The translations under genes were made by a program, and so were the position numbers. From an uncultured delta proteobacterium (GTDB taxonomy: Bacteria; Desulfobacterota; Binatia; UBA9968): a stretch of DNA of 39,605 bases. Location: NCBI GenBank assembly GCA_963755715.1, contig CAVWLW010000048.1:1-39605 (forward strand). The letters are read 5' to 3'. Below, one piece after another: positions 1 to 11,109 of this stretch. Each line of letters starts with the position of its first letter. Position 1 is the first letter of the stretch. The notes under the pieces are model-generated. The model made no database searches and was not told where the DNA came from. It saw only the letters and a list, made by a program, of their open reading frames with translations.

Positions 1-160
1 ACTAGACTAAACAAGTAGTCGCGACAATATTATTACGTCAGGATTTTCACAGCCCGACTTCGGCTTTACTTTAGTGTCGAGTTTGTGAAGTTTGTAAACG
101 CGGATGCCGATAGTGATCGGCGTCCCGAGTGGAGGAATGCGTAATCGAATTAGTGAAGCG

Positions 161-1081
161 TTATGATCCTTCGGGCAGCGGAATAAACTCAGCATCGCCA
201 GGAACCGGCGCGAAGCGCCCTGCTTTCCAATCGCTCTTCGCCTGCTCGATCCGCTCGCGCGAGCTCGAAACAAAATTCCACCAAAGGTGACGTAGGCCGT
301 CCAGCGGTTCGCCGCCGAAAAGCAGCAAGCGAGCGCTCGAGGCTGCCTGGATCGTGATTTCATCGCCGGAGGAAAAAACCAGAAGCCGTCCTGACTCGAA
401 GACTTGTTTTTGGATCACCGCGTTTCCTTCGAGGAGATAAATCGCTCGTTCTTCGTGCTCGTTTTCGAGGGCGAGGGAGGCTCCCGCTTGCAATGTCGCA
501 TCGGCGTAAAACAGTGGCGAGAAAGTTGTCACCGGCGACGCCTGGCCGTAAAGCGACCCCGCGATGATGCGCACTGTTTTTCCCTCGCCTTCGATCACCG
601 GCAGCGATGCGGCGGCGTAGTGTGTAAAGCTAGGCTCCGTTTCCTCGCGTGCTTTGGGAAGGGCGATCCAGATTTGAATGCCGTAGAGTTTTTGTCGCTG
701 CTTTCTAAGCTCCAGATCGGATCGCTCGGAGTGGACGATGCCCCGTCCCGCGGTCATCCAGTTAACCGCGCCCGGCTCGATCGCTTGCACGCTGCCGAGA
801 CTATCGCGATGAACGATCGTGCCGGCAAACAAATAGGTGACCGTGGCCAGGCCGATGTGCGGATGGGGCCGCACGTCGATGCCCTGGCTCGGCGCCAGCT
901 CGGCAGGTCCCATCTGATCGAAAAAGACGAAAGGTCCGACGCTACGCCGCTCCAGCGACGGCAGCACGCGGCGCACTTCGAACCCGCCGATATCGCGGGG
1001 ACGCGGCACGATGACGCTCTTTAGCGCCTTGCACGCCGGCGGCGCTTTCGCTTCAGGTTCTTCAGCGGATTGCCAACTCAT
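161..1081 (-). CDS. Pirin family bicupin protein
   Basis: Motifs [37 protein letters not shown] and WWNFVSS are typical of pirins. Start taken at ATG 1081 (MSWQS) rather than the ORF track's 1141. Confidence 0.95.
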   Translation of the reverse strand: MSWQSAEEPEAKAPPACKALKSVIVPRPRDIGGFEVRRVLPSLERRSVGPFVFFDQMGPAELAPSQGIDVRPHPHIGLATVTYLFAGTIVHRDSLGSVQAIEPGAVNWMTAGRGIVHSERSDLELRKQRQKLYGIQIWIALPKAREETEPSFTHYAAASLPVIEGEGKTVRIIAGSLYGQASPVTTFSPLFYADATLQAGASLALENEHEERAIYLLEGNAVIQKQVFESGRLLVFSSGDEITIQAASSARLLLFGGEPLDGLRHLWWNFVSSSRERIEQAKSDWKAGRFAPVPGDAEFIPLPEGS

Positions 1082-1147
1082 ATATTTACCCTTTACTTCG
1101 AAGAATAGCCGCGCCGCGGGGCCGGTTGGTATTGACTCCAAAACCGC

Positions 1148-1692
1148 TTATATCCCGGATCCAAAACTGAAGTATTGGGGCAACACATTCCTGACGGACG
1201 GATCTTCGAGCGAGTAAACATTCATCCGAATCAACGGAGGAACATAAACGTGCACCGAGATCGCCCTGCCGTTTTCGCTCTGAAGGTTCGAGATTTGATG
1301 AATTAAAGAAGTCTCTTCGACTCGAGCTTGCGCCGACGGCGTAGTCACTGGAAGTCAATGACTTGATCATGCCATTGGGCGCTTTTTCAAACAACGATTC
1401 GGTGAGCGCGCCGTGCAGAATCTTTAATCCCCCCAACGAACCGGCATGATCATGGATCGAAGAGCGCTGACCGGCGTGCCAGCACATAATCATGATTTCG
1501 AACTGGGCGGTTTTATGAACCAGGTTGCGCGCATATCGTTTATCCGAAAACAGAGCGTAAACTCGCATCTCTTCAGCCGAGATGACCAGCCGTTCAAGGA
1601 TATCGCGCATTTTTGCCGGCTCAACCGCCGCACAGTCAGCCATCGAGAAGCTTGATCAGCTCGCTTAAAGAGAGTTCATCGCGCAGAGACAT
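1148..1692 (-). CDS. Cysteine dioxygenase type I (Arg-type), broken by two apparent indels (~1640, ~1325)
   Basis: ORF 1086..1643 carries YARNLV and SSIHDH. ORF 1148..1348 carries LIHQI and ISVHVY (Ser-His-Tyr triad). An N-terminus MSLRDELSLSELIKLLDG starts at ATG 1692 in another frame. Confidence 0.85.
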
Positions 1693-1789
1693 GGCAACTC
1701 GCAATCACTTTCTTGTAGCGCGTCTTCGCTAACGGCGCAATTACCGCTGTGCTACATTTGTACTGGATTGAATCGCTAGAGGTAAACCC

Positions 1790-2800
1790 ATGCGACGCGT
1801 ATCGATGTTGCTGTTGCTCCTGAGCGTTTTTCATCTCGGATTTTCTTTCCGTTCGGAAGCTCAGGACAGCCACACACAGAAGCTGATCGACGGCGCGAAA
1901 AAAGAAGGCGCGCTTGTCTGGTACATGTCGGCGAGCATCGAGGACGCCAAAGCGATCCTGCTCGCGTTCAGCAAAAAATATCCCTTCCTTAAAACCGACT
2001 TTTTTCGCGCCGGCTCAGCCAGGCTCTTTAACCGCATAATGAACGAAGCCCGCGCGGGAAAAGTTCTGTTCGACCTGGTTGCCGTGAGAGGTCTGGAAAC
2101 GCACCAGTTGGTGAAAGCGGGACTCTTGCAACCCTACGTTTCTCCCGAGAGCGCGGCTTATCCCGCCGGCTTCAAGGACTCGAAGGGATATTGGGTCGAC
2201 TACTTCGATTCCTACAACGTGATCGGCTACAACACCCAACTGGTGGCGCGCGATCAGGCGCCGAAGAGTTGGGAGGATCTGCTCGATCCGAAATGGAAGG
2301 GCAAGATCGCTCTCGACGAGGAAAACTTCTCCTGGTATGGAGCCATGACCCAAAAATGGGGAAAGGAGAAAACCCAACGATACATGCGGGCATTGGCCAA
2401 ACAGGATATCCAGCTTCGCAACGGACAAACTCTGATCGCGCAGTTGATGGCCGCAGGCGAATTTTCGGTGGCGATGGTCCTGGCGCACCGAATCGAAAAA
2501 ATGAAGGAGCAAGGCGCGCCGGTGGAATGGGTAACGACGCTGGATCCGGTCACCGCTTCGCTCCATCCGATCGGCATCGCCGCCAAGGCGCCACATCCCA
2601 ATGCCGCGAAGCTGTTCGTCGACTTCATTCTGTCCAAAGACGGCCAGCAGCTCCTCCTTTCGATCGAGCGCACGCCGGCGCGACCCGGCATCGATACGAA
2701 AATGGAAGCAAGAAAGCTGAAGCTCTTCCCCATGCCACCCGAGCTCGGCGAACGCTATGAACAATTTCAAAAAGAGTTCCGAGAGATCTTCGGCAGATAG
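1790..2800 (+). CDS. Extracellular solute-binding protein, FbpA/AfuA (iron(III)-type ABC) family
   Basis: Signal peptide, AKKEGALVWY, APKSWEDLLDPKWKGKI and APHPNAAKLFVDFILS are family hallmarks. Confidence 0.9.
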   Translation: MRRVSMLLLLLSVFHLGFSFRSEAQDSHTQKLIDGAKKEGALVWYMSASIEDAKAILLAFSKKYPFLKTDFFRAGSARLFNRIMNEARAGKVLFDLVAVRGLETHQLVKAGLLQPYVSPESAAYPAGFKDSKGYWVDYFDSYNVIGYNTQLVARDQAPKSWEDLLDPKWKGKIALDEENFSWYGAMTQKWGKEKTQRYMRALAKQDIQLRNGQTLIAQLMAAGEFSVAMVLAHRIEKMKEQGAPVEWVTTLDPVTASLHPIGIAAKAPHPNAAKLFVDFILSKDGQQLLLSIERTPARPGIDTKMEARKLKLFPMPPELGERYEQFQKEFREIFGR

Positions 2801-2885
2801 CTACTTTGCTTGGGATATTAGTCGGTAAATCCACTCTGGGTTGATCCGGAAAGGGTTGGAAATCGTCTTCCTTCGCGAAGCTAAA

Positions 2886-3914
2886 TCACCGCGATGAGAG
2901 CGCCACTTTCTTTCTTGCCTCGGCCAAGTAGCCGTTGTCTTCAAGTGCCTTCACGAGGCTCGTATTGATGGATTCATTCACGTCGACCAGGCCTGCCTTC
3001 GGATTTACCCGCGCGATAAATCTTTGAACGTTCTTCCAGGCCGCGGGGTCCGGGGCGATATCCAGACTCGCGATCGAGCGCAGCGAGTGATACGAAGTCT
3101 CTGCGTCTTCGTCGGTATTCAGCCGGAGGTGTTTCTTCATGATCTCGGCGACCTCTCGCTTATTGCGCGCGTCGAGAATGTAAACCAACGCGTCGATCAT
3201 GCCTTTGGTAAGCCGCGTCATGAGGTCCGACGAACTGGCGAGCCGCTCGCTTCTACCGCAAATGCCGACGGTTTGCAGAGGGATGCGCAACTCCGTCGAA
3301 TTCACCAACGAGCGCATGCCGCCCCGCTTCGCCACCGCCGCGGAAGGCAAAGTCACCACGGCGGCGTCGATGTTGGCGCTCAGCAGCGCTTGAACGATGG
3401 TCGGCTCTTCGCCGATGACGCGCATTTTCATGCCGATTTTGTCCGGGTCTACGCCGACTCCGTCCAAGACCATCATGGTTTGAAGCCAAAACCCGCCGCC
3501 GATACTTTGCACACCGATCGTTTTACCGCGCAGCGCCGCCAATGATTCGATTTCTTTTCGCACAATCAACTCACGCGAAATACCCTTTATCGGGAATGCT
3601 ACACACGCGATCTTCGCGCCAGCCGACACGCCGCTCAGCACGTTGGCTACCGAAGGCAAAAATATCGGAACCTCGCCGGACACGAGAGCCGATAAACTGA
3701 TCTGCGCGTTGCGCACTTGAAGCAAGCGGGCGTCGATACCGTGTTTCTGATAAAGCCCTTTATCAATGGCGACCCAATACGGACCGATGGTCTCGTTGTG
3801 CCCGCCGTAAGCCATCAGGACAATATCGTCAGCGCCGCTGGGCGCGACGCTGGCAAAATAAAAAATGATGGAAATGGAAACCCAGACCGTCCAACATGGA
3901 CAAAGAAACCGCAT
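2886..3914 (-). CDS. NMT1/THI5-like (NitT/TauT/SsuA) ABC substrate-binding protein
   Basis: Signal peptide, PYWVAIDKGLYQKHGID, LRGKTIGV and ALLSANIDAA. Confidence 0.88.
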   Translation of the reverse strand: MRFLCPCWTVWVSISIIFYFASVAPSGADDIVLMAYGGHNETIGPYWVAIDKGLYQKHGIDARLLQVRNAQISLSALVSGEVPIFLPSVANVLSGVSAGAKIACVAFPIKGISRELIVRKEIESLAALRGKTIGVQSIGGGFWLQTMMVLDGVGVDPDKIGMKMRVIGEEPTIVQALLSANIDAAVVTLPSAAVAKRGGMRSLVNSTELRIPLQTVGICGRSERLASSSDLMTRLTKGMIDALVYILDARNKREVAEIMKKHLRLNTDEDAETSYHSLRSIASLDIAPDPAAWKNVQRFIARVNPKAGLVDVNESINTSLVKALEDNGYLAEARKKVALSSR

Positions 3915-4203
3915 GCCTCACCTCCCGCGATTCGGCCGATGCTAGGCCGGCGAGGAGCTAACTGTCAATGATTTTAGAAACTGCGCCAACGGCGCGGACT
4001 ACGTTGACGCGGCGCGTGCTCCGAGCTTCGGCCGACCCGATGCGCGACAAGGATTGCAACAAGACTTTCCTCTTGCCATAGAGCCTTCGTTTTTTCGCAT
4101 GAGGGACGGTATTCGAGTCGGGTTAAATATTTGCTTCGATTTATTCTGATAGCATGATTTAATTGCACGAAATCGGTCTGGTGACAGCCAAGCCAATTAG
4201 TGT

Positions 4204-5064
4204 ATGAATCAAGGCTTCCCCGGTTCCAGGGGTGGTTGTTTTGTGGCGCACGAATCGAGCGAAGTGATCAACGACAAATCGTCGGCGCAGCCGCTTTCCC
4301 AGCGGCTGCGCCTGGACCTGCTCGCGCAGCGGCTAACGTTAGTGGCCGTGGTCGGCGCCCTGTGGTGGCTCTCGTCACTGTCGGTGCCGCATTACATATT
4401 GCCCGGTCCGACACGGGTCTGGGACGCGCTTCGGCTCATCATCGCCAACGGCGATCTGTGGAACAATCTCGGCATCACGCTGTGGCGGGTTGCCGTAGGC
4501 TTTGTCGTCGCGGCGCTCATCGGACTGCCGTTCGGCATCCTGCTCGGAGCGAATCAGCGCGCCGGCGAATTTTTCGAACCGGTGATTCCAGTCCTCAACA
4601 CGGTCTCTTCGGCGATCTGGGCGATCTTTGCCATCATCTGGTTCGGCATTTCGAACGCTACCACGATCTTTGTCGTATTCATGACGGCGATGCCTCTGAT
4701 TATCACCAACGTCTGGCAAGGTACGCGCACGGTCAACGCCGATTTTATCGAGCTCGCCCAGGTACTGCGCATGCCGCGCCGGAAAGTGATGACGAAGATC
4801 TATCTGCCAACCATTCTCCCCTACTTCTTTTCCGGTGCCCGACTTGCCTTCGGCTTCAGTTGGCGCGTGTCGTTGGTCGCCGAAACGATCGGCTCCTCGA
4901 GCGGCGTCGGCTATCGTCTCCGGCAAGCCGCGGACCTGATCAGAACCGATCAAGTATTCGCCTGGACGATAACTCTGGTGATCATGATGGCGACGATCGA
5001 AATGGGCCTGTTGAAGCCCCTGGAAACTTATTTGTTCCGCTGGAAAAAGGGCGTGGAAATGTAA
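4204..5064 (+). CDS. NitT/TauT/SsuC-type ABC transporter permease
   Basis: About 6 TM segments, LPGPTRVW, an EAA-like loop (ELAQVLRM...IYLPTILP) and LVAETIGSSSGVG. The start could be a downstream GTG. Confidence 0.92.
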   Translation: MNQGFPGSRGGCFVAHESSEVINDKSSAQPLSQRLRLDLLAQRLTLVAVVGALWWLSSLSVPHYILPGPTRVWDALRLIIANGDLWNNLGITLWRVAVGFVVAALIGLPFGILLGANQRAGEFFEPVIPVLNTVSSAIWAIFAIIWFGISNATTIFVVFMTAMPLIITNVWQGTRTVNADFIELAQVLRMPRRKVMTKIYLPTILPYFFSGARLAFGFSWRVSLVAETIGSSSGVGYRLRQAADLIRTDQVFAWTITLVIMMATIEMGLLKPLETYLFRWKKGVEM

Positions 5065-5120
5065 TGATCGAACTACCCTTGGCAGCGTTATATCAACGTG
5101 AACGATAATTTCCTTCAGCC

Positions 5121-5915
5121 ATGAATCAGACCGAAATCATAGATCGGACTGGCAACGACACGGCGCAAACACCGCCGGCGATCCAGTTGAGCGGAATCAA
5201 CAAAAGCTTCACCAACGGCAATCAAACGATCGAAGTGCTGAAGAACGTCAATCTCACCGTGCCGCCACAAGCGATCGTCGGCTTGATCGGCACATCCGGT
5301 TCGGGCAAGAGCACGCTGCTCAATATTATTTCCGGAATCGTAAAGCCCGACCGCGGCCAGGTCTGTATCTGCGGCGCCGCCAGCGAAGAGTTCAACGACG
5401 GGTGCTCCGTCAGCTACATGTTCCAAGACGATCGATTACTGCCGTGGCGCACCGCGATCCACAACGTCGAGTTCGCCCTCGAAGCCGGCGCCATCGCAAA
5501 AAAGGAGCGCGCCCGGCGCGCTCTCGAAGCGCTGCAACTGGTCGAGCTTGAGACCTTCGCAGAGTCGTTTCCTTATCAACTCTCCGGCGGCATGCGCAGC
5601 CGCGTCGCGCTCGCCCGCAGTCTGGTGACCGAGCCGCGTATTTTGCTGATGGACGAACCGTTCTCGCGGCTCGACGCGCAAACACGCGGGCTCATGCATG
5701 AAGAGCTGCTGCGCATTCACCGGCTCAAGCCCATGACCGTGGTCTTCGTCACTCACGATGTCACCGAAGCGGTGCTGCTGGCCGACCAGGTAGCGGTGAT
5801 GTCACCGCGGCCGGGCACGATCCGTGAAGTGGTCGATGTCGCGCCGGCGCGGCCGCGCGATATTACGCAGCCCGAAGTGACGAGCTACATGCAACGGCTG
5901 CGCGCGCTGATTTGA
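5121..5915 (+). CDS. NitT/TauT/SsuB-type ABC ATP-binding protein
   Basis: Walker A GTSGSGKST, signature LSGGM, Walker B LLMDEPF and H-loop VTHD. Confidence 0.95.
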   Translation: MNQTEIIDRTGNDTAQTPPAIQLSGINKSFTNGNQTIEVLKNVNLTVPPQAIVGLIGTSGSGKSTLLNIISGIVKPDRGQVCICGAASEEFNDGCSVSYMFQDDRLLPWRTAIHNVEFALEAGAIAKKERARRALEALQLVELETFAESFPYQLSGGMRSRVALARSLVTEPRILLMDEPFSRLDAQTRGLMHEELLRIHRLKPMTVVFVTHDVTEAVLLADQVAVMSPRPGTIREVVDVAPARPRDITQPEVTSYMQRLRALI

Positions 5916-5949
5916 ATTCGTGTATCTACTATGAGGAGAGACTCGAAAA

Positions 5950-6024
5950 TTCACCGCGGAGACACGGAGAACGCAGAGAAAAACAAGAAAGAGATCTCCG
6001 CGAACTCTGCGTCTCTGCGGTGAA
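5950..6024. repeat. Long imperfect palindrome (REP-like intergenic element)
   Basis: Arm ttcaccgcggagacacggagaacgcagaga (5950-5979) pairs with tctccgcgaactctgcgtctctgcggtgaa (5995-6024) around a 15-nt A-rich loop. Confidence 0.85.
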
Positions 6025-6055
6025 GACTTTATTCATTTAGCTTCAGGAGGCAAAG

Positions 6056-7041
6056 ATGAAAATATCGAAAGTGCTCATTACCGCGTTTGTTTTAGCTATG
6101 CTCATCTCCGTTCCCGGGCAACTGTTGGCGCAAAAAATGAAAGTCGGCTACTGGACCAGCGGCTTTAGCCTGGGATTCGGCGCGGTGATGGAGCAGATGA
6201 AGTTCGCCGAGGCTCAGGGCCTCAACGTCGAATGGGTAAAATTCGCCGAGGTCAACGGACCGACGCGCGCGATCGTGTCCAATGCCATCGACATTGCGTT
6301 CGCCGCTCCCTCCACCAACTCGATGGGCATCGCCGCCGACGGCGTGCCGGTGAAGATCGTGCTGGCAACCCAGATCGCCGAAGCGCAAATCGTCGTGCTC
6401 GACGGCTCACCCATCAAAGCCGTAGGCGACTCAAAGGCAAAAAAATCGGCATGTCACCACCGGGAAGCGCGACCCATGCGATTGCCACGGCGATCCTGGA
6501 CCACAATTTCGGTTTGAAGCAGAATGACTACAGCGTCGCGCCGGGAAACGAAGCACAGCTCGCGCAGTTCTTGAGTCAGAAGGAAATCGACGCCGGCGTG
6601 CTTCGCTCCGTGACTCTCGCGCAGATCGAAGAGACCAAATTACGGCGCTTGGGAAGCATCGTCGACGAGTGGAAAAAACTCAGCAAGGGAAACGCCCCGC
6701 CGATCCTCGCCGTGACTATTGTGTACAGTGACTATCTCACCAAAAACCCCGACGCGGTGGCAAAATTTATCGCCGCAACGCGCAATGCGCTCCAATACGG
6801 CTCGAAAAACAAGCCGCGCGTCGGCGAGATACTCCAGAAAGCGGCGAACATGACTGCGACAGACGCGCGCGCCTACGCCAACCAGTGGGACGGCGCTTAC
6901 ATCGCAAGCTTCGAACCGGCGGATATCGCATCGCTGAAAAAAATGTACGACATCGTCAAAGCCGCCGGTGGCGCCACCAAAGACGCGCCCGACAGCGCCT
7001 TCGACACCGGACCCTACACGCGGGCGAAGAAGATCAAGTAG
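6056..7041 (+). CDS. NitT/TauT ABC substrate-binding protein, one apparent indel (~6430)
   Basis: RBS AGGAGG and a signal peptide in ORF 6056..6517. The protein continues as LKGKKIGMSPPGSATH in ORF 6232..7041, and one added base at gac|tcaaag rejoins the two. Confidence 0.88.
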
Positions 7042-7046
7042 ACTCG

Positions 7047-7098
7047 GCGTCAGAATTCCGCGACGAATCATCTCGTTGGAGTTGTCGAAGTCTGACGC
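7047..7098. repeat. Stem-loop directly after the ABC operon (possible mRNA 3' hairpin)
   Basis: Outer arms gcgtcaga...tctgacgc with inner pairing aattcc/ggagtt and gacga/tcgtt. No long U-tract follows. Confidence 0.4.
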
Positions 7099-7921
7099 AT
7101 TTGGCCCGGCCAGCGGCAGAATTATGGAAAAGCTAGCCAATTGTTCGCCGGCTTCCTGGCCGATGCAGTTGGGTCATCGGACCGGATTTCAAGCTCCTAA
7201 ACGCAGCGAGCGCGAACGCGGGGCGAAGACATCGCGGTATTGCCTTTAGCGAATCCCGTTCTTAACGGTCCGGGTAAAATCGCCAAATTCCTGCTGCTCA
7301 GTCGACCAACCGAACACCGATGCAGTGCGCATCGGCATGCTTGCGGCGGTCGTCGGCAGCATCTCTCATTTCGTGGTTTAGAAGGACTCAACATCCTTTC
7401 GCTAGGCGAAGTAGAAAGTGCGCATCATGACGCGAGTGCGAGGACATACTTCTTGAGGCGTTTGCAGTGGACTTCGTTCGCGACGTCATTGGGCGCTTAT
7501 AAGAGTTATTAATCCGTTATCCGGCGTGAGGGTGAATCGCGCTCCTGACGCGACTTACGGCGGATACTGCGGAAAATTAGCTGCACGTGAAAAAGCTCAA
7601 GTAGGATTGTATTTGATTAAGACGATCACGAATAACGGCGCAGCGAGATCAGAGTTGATGGTAGAAGAAAATATCAAGACCGGCATAGTCATTTTCATAC
7701 CAATGTAGAAACGGGCCGAAATCACATTAGGAATATCGAGTCGTTGAACGTACGCGTATTGGGGTGTCCGAAAACCGGGACGGCTGTGCGTATGCGACGG
7801 AAGATTATCAGAAGCATTCCACGTGCGAACCCAACATTTGATATTTTCACATGAGGTATTTGCCCTCCTGCGGCTATCGATCTCCTCGGCTGGACACCGT
7901 GCAACTCTTATGTTTCGAATC

Positions 7922-8641
7922 TCAATCTGGTCCGTTTTTGAGTTCGACCTTTCCGACCAGCCGATTGAAATACACCGGTACTTGCGATTCAAAAGTGAGT
8001 TGCTGTCCGCTGAAAGGATGTTTGAACGAAATCGATCTAGCATGAAGCGCTAGACGCGTGTGGTCGCGATCCTCTTTGCCATATTTCCGATCGCCGACGA
8101 CCGCATGGCCGATGCCGGCGAGATGGACACGAATCTGGTGCTTGCGGCCCGTCCACAGATCGAGTTCCAGCAATGCGGAGTCTTTGGTTTGCTTGAGTAC
8201 CTTGTAGCCCGTAGTCGATAGTTTTCCCTTTGTTCTATCCGAGGTCGAATACACGATGTGTGCTTTGTTCTCCGCCAGGTAAGTCGTGATGGTTCCCGAC
8301 ATCTTGGCACATTGGCCATGAACGACCGCGAGGTATTTCTTCTCGGTATCTTTCCATTGATCCTGCAAACGAACCTTCGCTTCTATGTTCTTGGCAAAGA
8401 TCACTACCCCCGATGTCTCCCGGTCCAAGCGGTGCACAATGAAAATCCGATTGCGAGATTTGCTGTAGCCCTTGCGGACATAGTCCGTTAAATAGAAATA
8501 CGCCGTTCGGGTTTTGTCCGAATCAGTCCCCATCGTCAATAGCCCAGCTGGTTTATCCACGACGAGAATGTCCCGGTCCTCGTGCAAGATCACGAGTCCA
8601 TGCGGCAGAAACTTGTGACTCGAAGTGGAGCGTTTATGCAC
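7922..8641 (-). CDS. RluA family RNA pseudouridine synthase
   Basis: VVDKPAGLL, catalytic HRLDRETSG, KKYLAVV, TGRKHQIRVH, GDRKYG and LALHA. Confidence 0.95.
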   Translation of the reverse strand: MHKRSTSSHKFLPHGLVILHEDRDILVVDKPAGLLTMGTDSDKTRTAYFYLTDYVRKGYSKSRNRIFIVHRLDRETSGVVIFAKNIEAKVRLQDQWKDTEKKYLAVVHGQCAKMSGTITTYLAENKAHIVYSTSDRTKGKLSTTGYKVLKQTKDSALLELDLWTGRKHQIRVHLAGIGHAVVGDRKYGKEDRDHTRLALHARSISFKHPFSGQQLTFESQVPVYFNRLVGKVELKNGPD

Positions 8642-8984
8642 AAAAGCATTCTAAGCAAACGGGGCGAGGCGCCGCAAACGCGGCGGCAACTAAGACGGTG
8701 CGTGATACTTAATTTTGGATTTTAGTTTGTCGATTGTCGGAAAAAACTTAGTTGAGGTCCTTGACGCTCCTCGGTGTCGGCGAACGGCCCGTCGATAACC
8801 GTACGCTTCCGATAACGCGGGTTCTCGGCTCCCGATTGCAGTCAATAGGTAAATTGTCCATCGGCAATAGCCGTCGCGTTCCGTTTGCGCGCGTTCCGGT
8901 AGTAATGACCTTGTTGCGAGATGGTGCAGGTGGTAGTCGTCACACGACGGAATTTCTGACGCTATTGCGCCTGAGGAGGTGACC

Positions 8985-11067
8985 ATGAGCTCGACCGGAG
9001 AGCAGACGCAGCGGAACACGTAATTCCGCGGCGCCCCGGACGCATTCAGCCGTCCGACAGTCGGGGGGCCGCGAAGGCTACCGAAAAGTCGAAGATGCCG
9101 CCGCGTAAGACCTGGCTTTGGTTCGTTCTCGTCTTGCTCGCTAACTTCTTGCTCGTGCGGCTTCTCGTACCGGGCCCCAAAGCACCGGTTACGGTGCCGT
9201 ACACGCTCTTCAAGGAAGAGGTCACGAAGCGCAACGTCGCGTCGATCTTCAGCCGGGGCGAGACCCTCACGGGCCGCTTCAAGGCGCCGATCACCTACCC
9301 GCCGGCGGGTGAAAAAAGCGCGCCGTCAGACGGCCGGCCCCAGTTCCCGAGCCTTCGCGGCGCGGCGCGTCAGCCCGAACAGGTGGGTACATTCGCGACC
9401 ACGCTGCCCTCCTTCGTCGACCCGGGTTTGGAAACATTTTTGATCGAACACGGGGTCGAGATCAGCGCCGAGCCGATTCAAGAGAGCGAAAACCCCTGGT
9501 CGACATTTCTTTTCGGCTTTGGCCCGGCCATGCTGATCATTGGTTTTTACGTCTGGATGTTCCGTCGGGCCGCACAGCAGGGCGGCGCGATGGGCGGCGG
9601 GCTCATGGGCATCGGCCGAAGCAGGGCCCGGCGCTACGACGAGGAGAAGGACACGAGAGTCACCTTCGATGACGTTGCCGGCATCGACGAAGCCGAAAAC
9701 GAGCTGGTCGAGATCGTGGATTTTCTCCGCGATCCCAAGAAGTACACGCGGCTGGGCGGGGCCGCTCCGAAAGGCGTGCTCTTGATCGGCGCGCCCGGCA
9801 CCGGGAAAACCTTGCTGGCGAGAGCGGTCGCGGGAGAAGCGGGCGTGCCGTTCTTCTCGATGAGCGCGGCGGAGTTCGTCGAGATGATCGTCGGGGTGGG
9901 CGCGGCGAGAGTGCGGGATCTTTTCAAGCAGGCGCGCGAGCAAGCGCCGGCGATCGTCTTCATCGATGAGCTGGATGCCATCGGCCGCGCGCGCGGGCAG
10001 ATGGCGATCGGCGGTTCGAGCGAGCAGGAGCAGACCTTGAATCAAATCCTGACCGAAATGGACGGGTTCTCGAGCCACGAGGGCATCATCGTACTGGCGG
10101 CGACGAACCAGCCCGACGTGCTCGACAAAGCGCTGCTCCGCCCGGGACGCTTCGATCGGCGCGTGGTGGTTAACCTGCCGGATAAGACCGGGCGCGAAGC
10201 GATCCTGAAAGTCCACACTCGCAGCGTGCCGCTCGCGAAGGACGCAAACTTAGGAGAAGTTGCCGCCACGACGCCAGGGTTCTCGGGGGCTGACCTGAAG
10301 AACCTGGTGAACGAGGCGGCGCTGCTCGCCGCGCGGCGCGAGCAGAACGAGGTCCGTTACAAGGACTTCCTGGACGCGCTGGAGAAGATCGTGCTCGGCC
10401 CCGAGCGTCCGCTTCTCTTGAGCCGCGCCGATAAGGAACGCATCGCCTACCACGAGGGAGGGCACGCCATCCTCGGACTAGTGGTGCCCGGCGCCGACCC
10501 GGTGAATCGGGTGACGATCGTGCCGCGGGGGCAAGCTCTCGGTGTGACCTATCAGCGCCCCGACAGCGACCGCTATAACTATCCGGAAGCCTATCTGCGC
10601 GCGCGGATCGTCGGAATGCTGGGAGGCCGCGCGGCCGAAGAGATCGTTTACGGCACCAAAACAACTGGCGCGGAAAGCGATATCGAGCAAGCCACCGGGC
10701 TGGCGCGCCGGATGGTCACGCGCTGGGGCATGAGCGAGCGCGTCGGACTGGTAGAGCTGGCGCCGCGGGAGAACCCTTACCTGAGCGGCGCGAACGGTTA
10801 CGCCGGCGCAAAGCCATTCAGCGAGAGAACCGCTGAGGCCATTGACGCTGAGGTGCTCAAGATCATCAGCGAAAGCCACGACGAGGCCAAGCGGCTCCTG
10901 AACGCGCATCGCAGCAACTCGACGCGCTCGTCGAAGCCTTGCTGTTGCGCGAGACCCTCAACGAGCAGGAAATCCTTGCAGTCACGGGGCTCCCGCGTGC
11001 GCCGGCCCTGGAGACGGGGATCTTGCCGCTGACCGATGGGGACAGCGGGAGCGTTCGCCACCTATAA
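8985..11067 (+). CDS. ftsH: ATP-dependent zinc metalloprotease FtsH, apparent indels near ~9020 and ~10912
   Basis: Two TMs, [11 protein letters not shown], Walker [30 protein letters not shown] zinc motif and GAESD. Strong RBS GAGGAGG before ATG 8985 (the alternative start is 9095). The C-terminus [20 protein letters not shown] lies in a shifted frame ending at TAA 11067. Confidence 0.92.
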
Positions 11068-11109
11068 TCGGTTCGACTCAGCCCAACAATCGTTGATGAG
11101 GTCAGTTCG

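Noticed and set aside
1-160. AT-richer window start with ttcaca...tgtgaa inverted arms
   Set aside because: The pairing is short, the context is truncated, and no RNA family or ORF is recognisable.
5931-6023. 30-codon ORF MRRDSKIHRGDTENAE...SANSASLR
   Set aside because: It is just the translation of the palindromic repeat and has no RBS.
7597-8043. 148-aa minus-strand ORF
   Set aside because: It overlaps the rluA 3' end in another frame and has no recognisable motifs.
8642-8984. Possible riboswitch or small ORFs between rluA and ftsH
   Set aside because: No riboswitch consensus is visible and the ORFs lack an RBS or motifs. It is probably a divergent promoter region.
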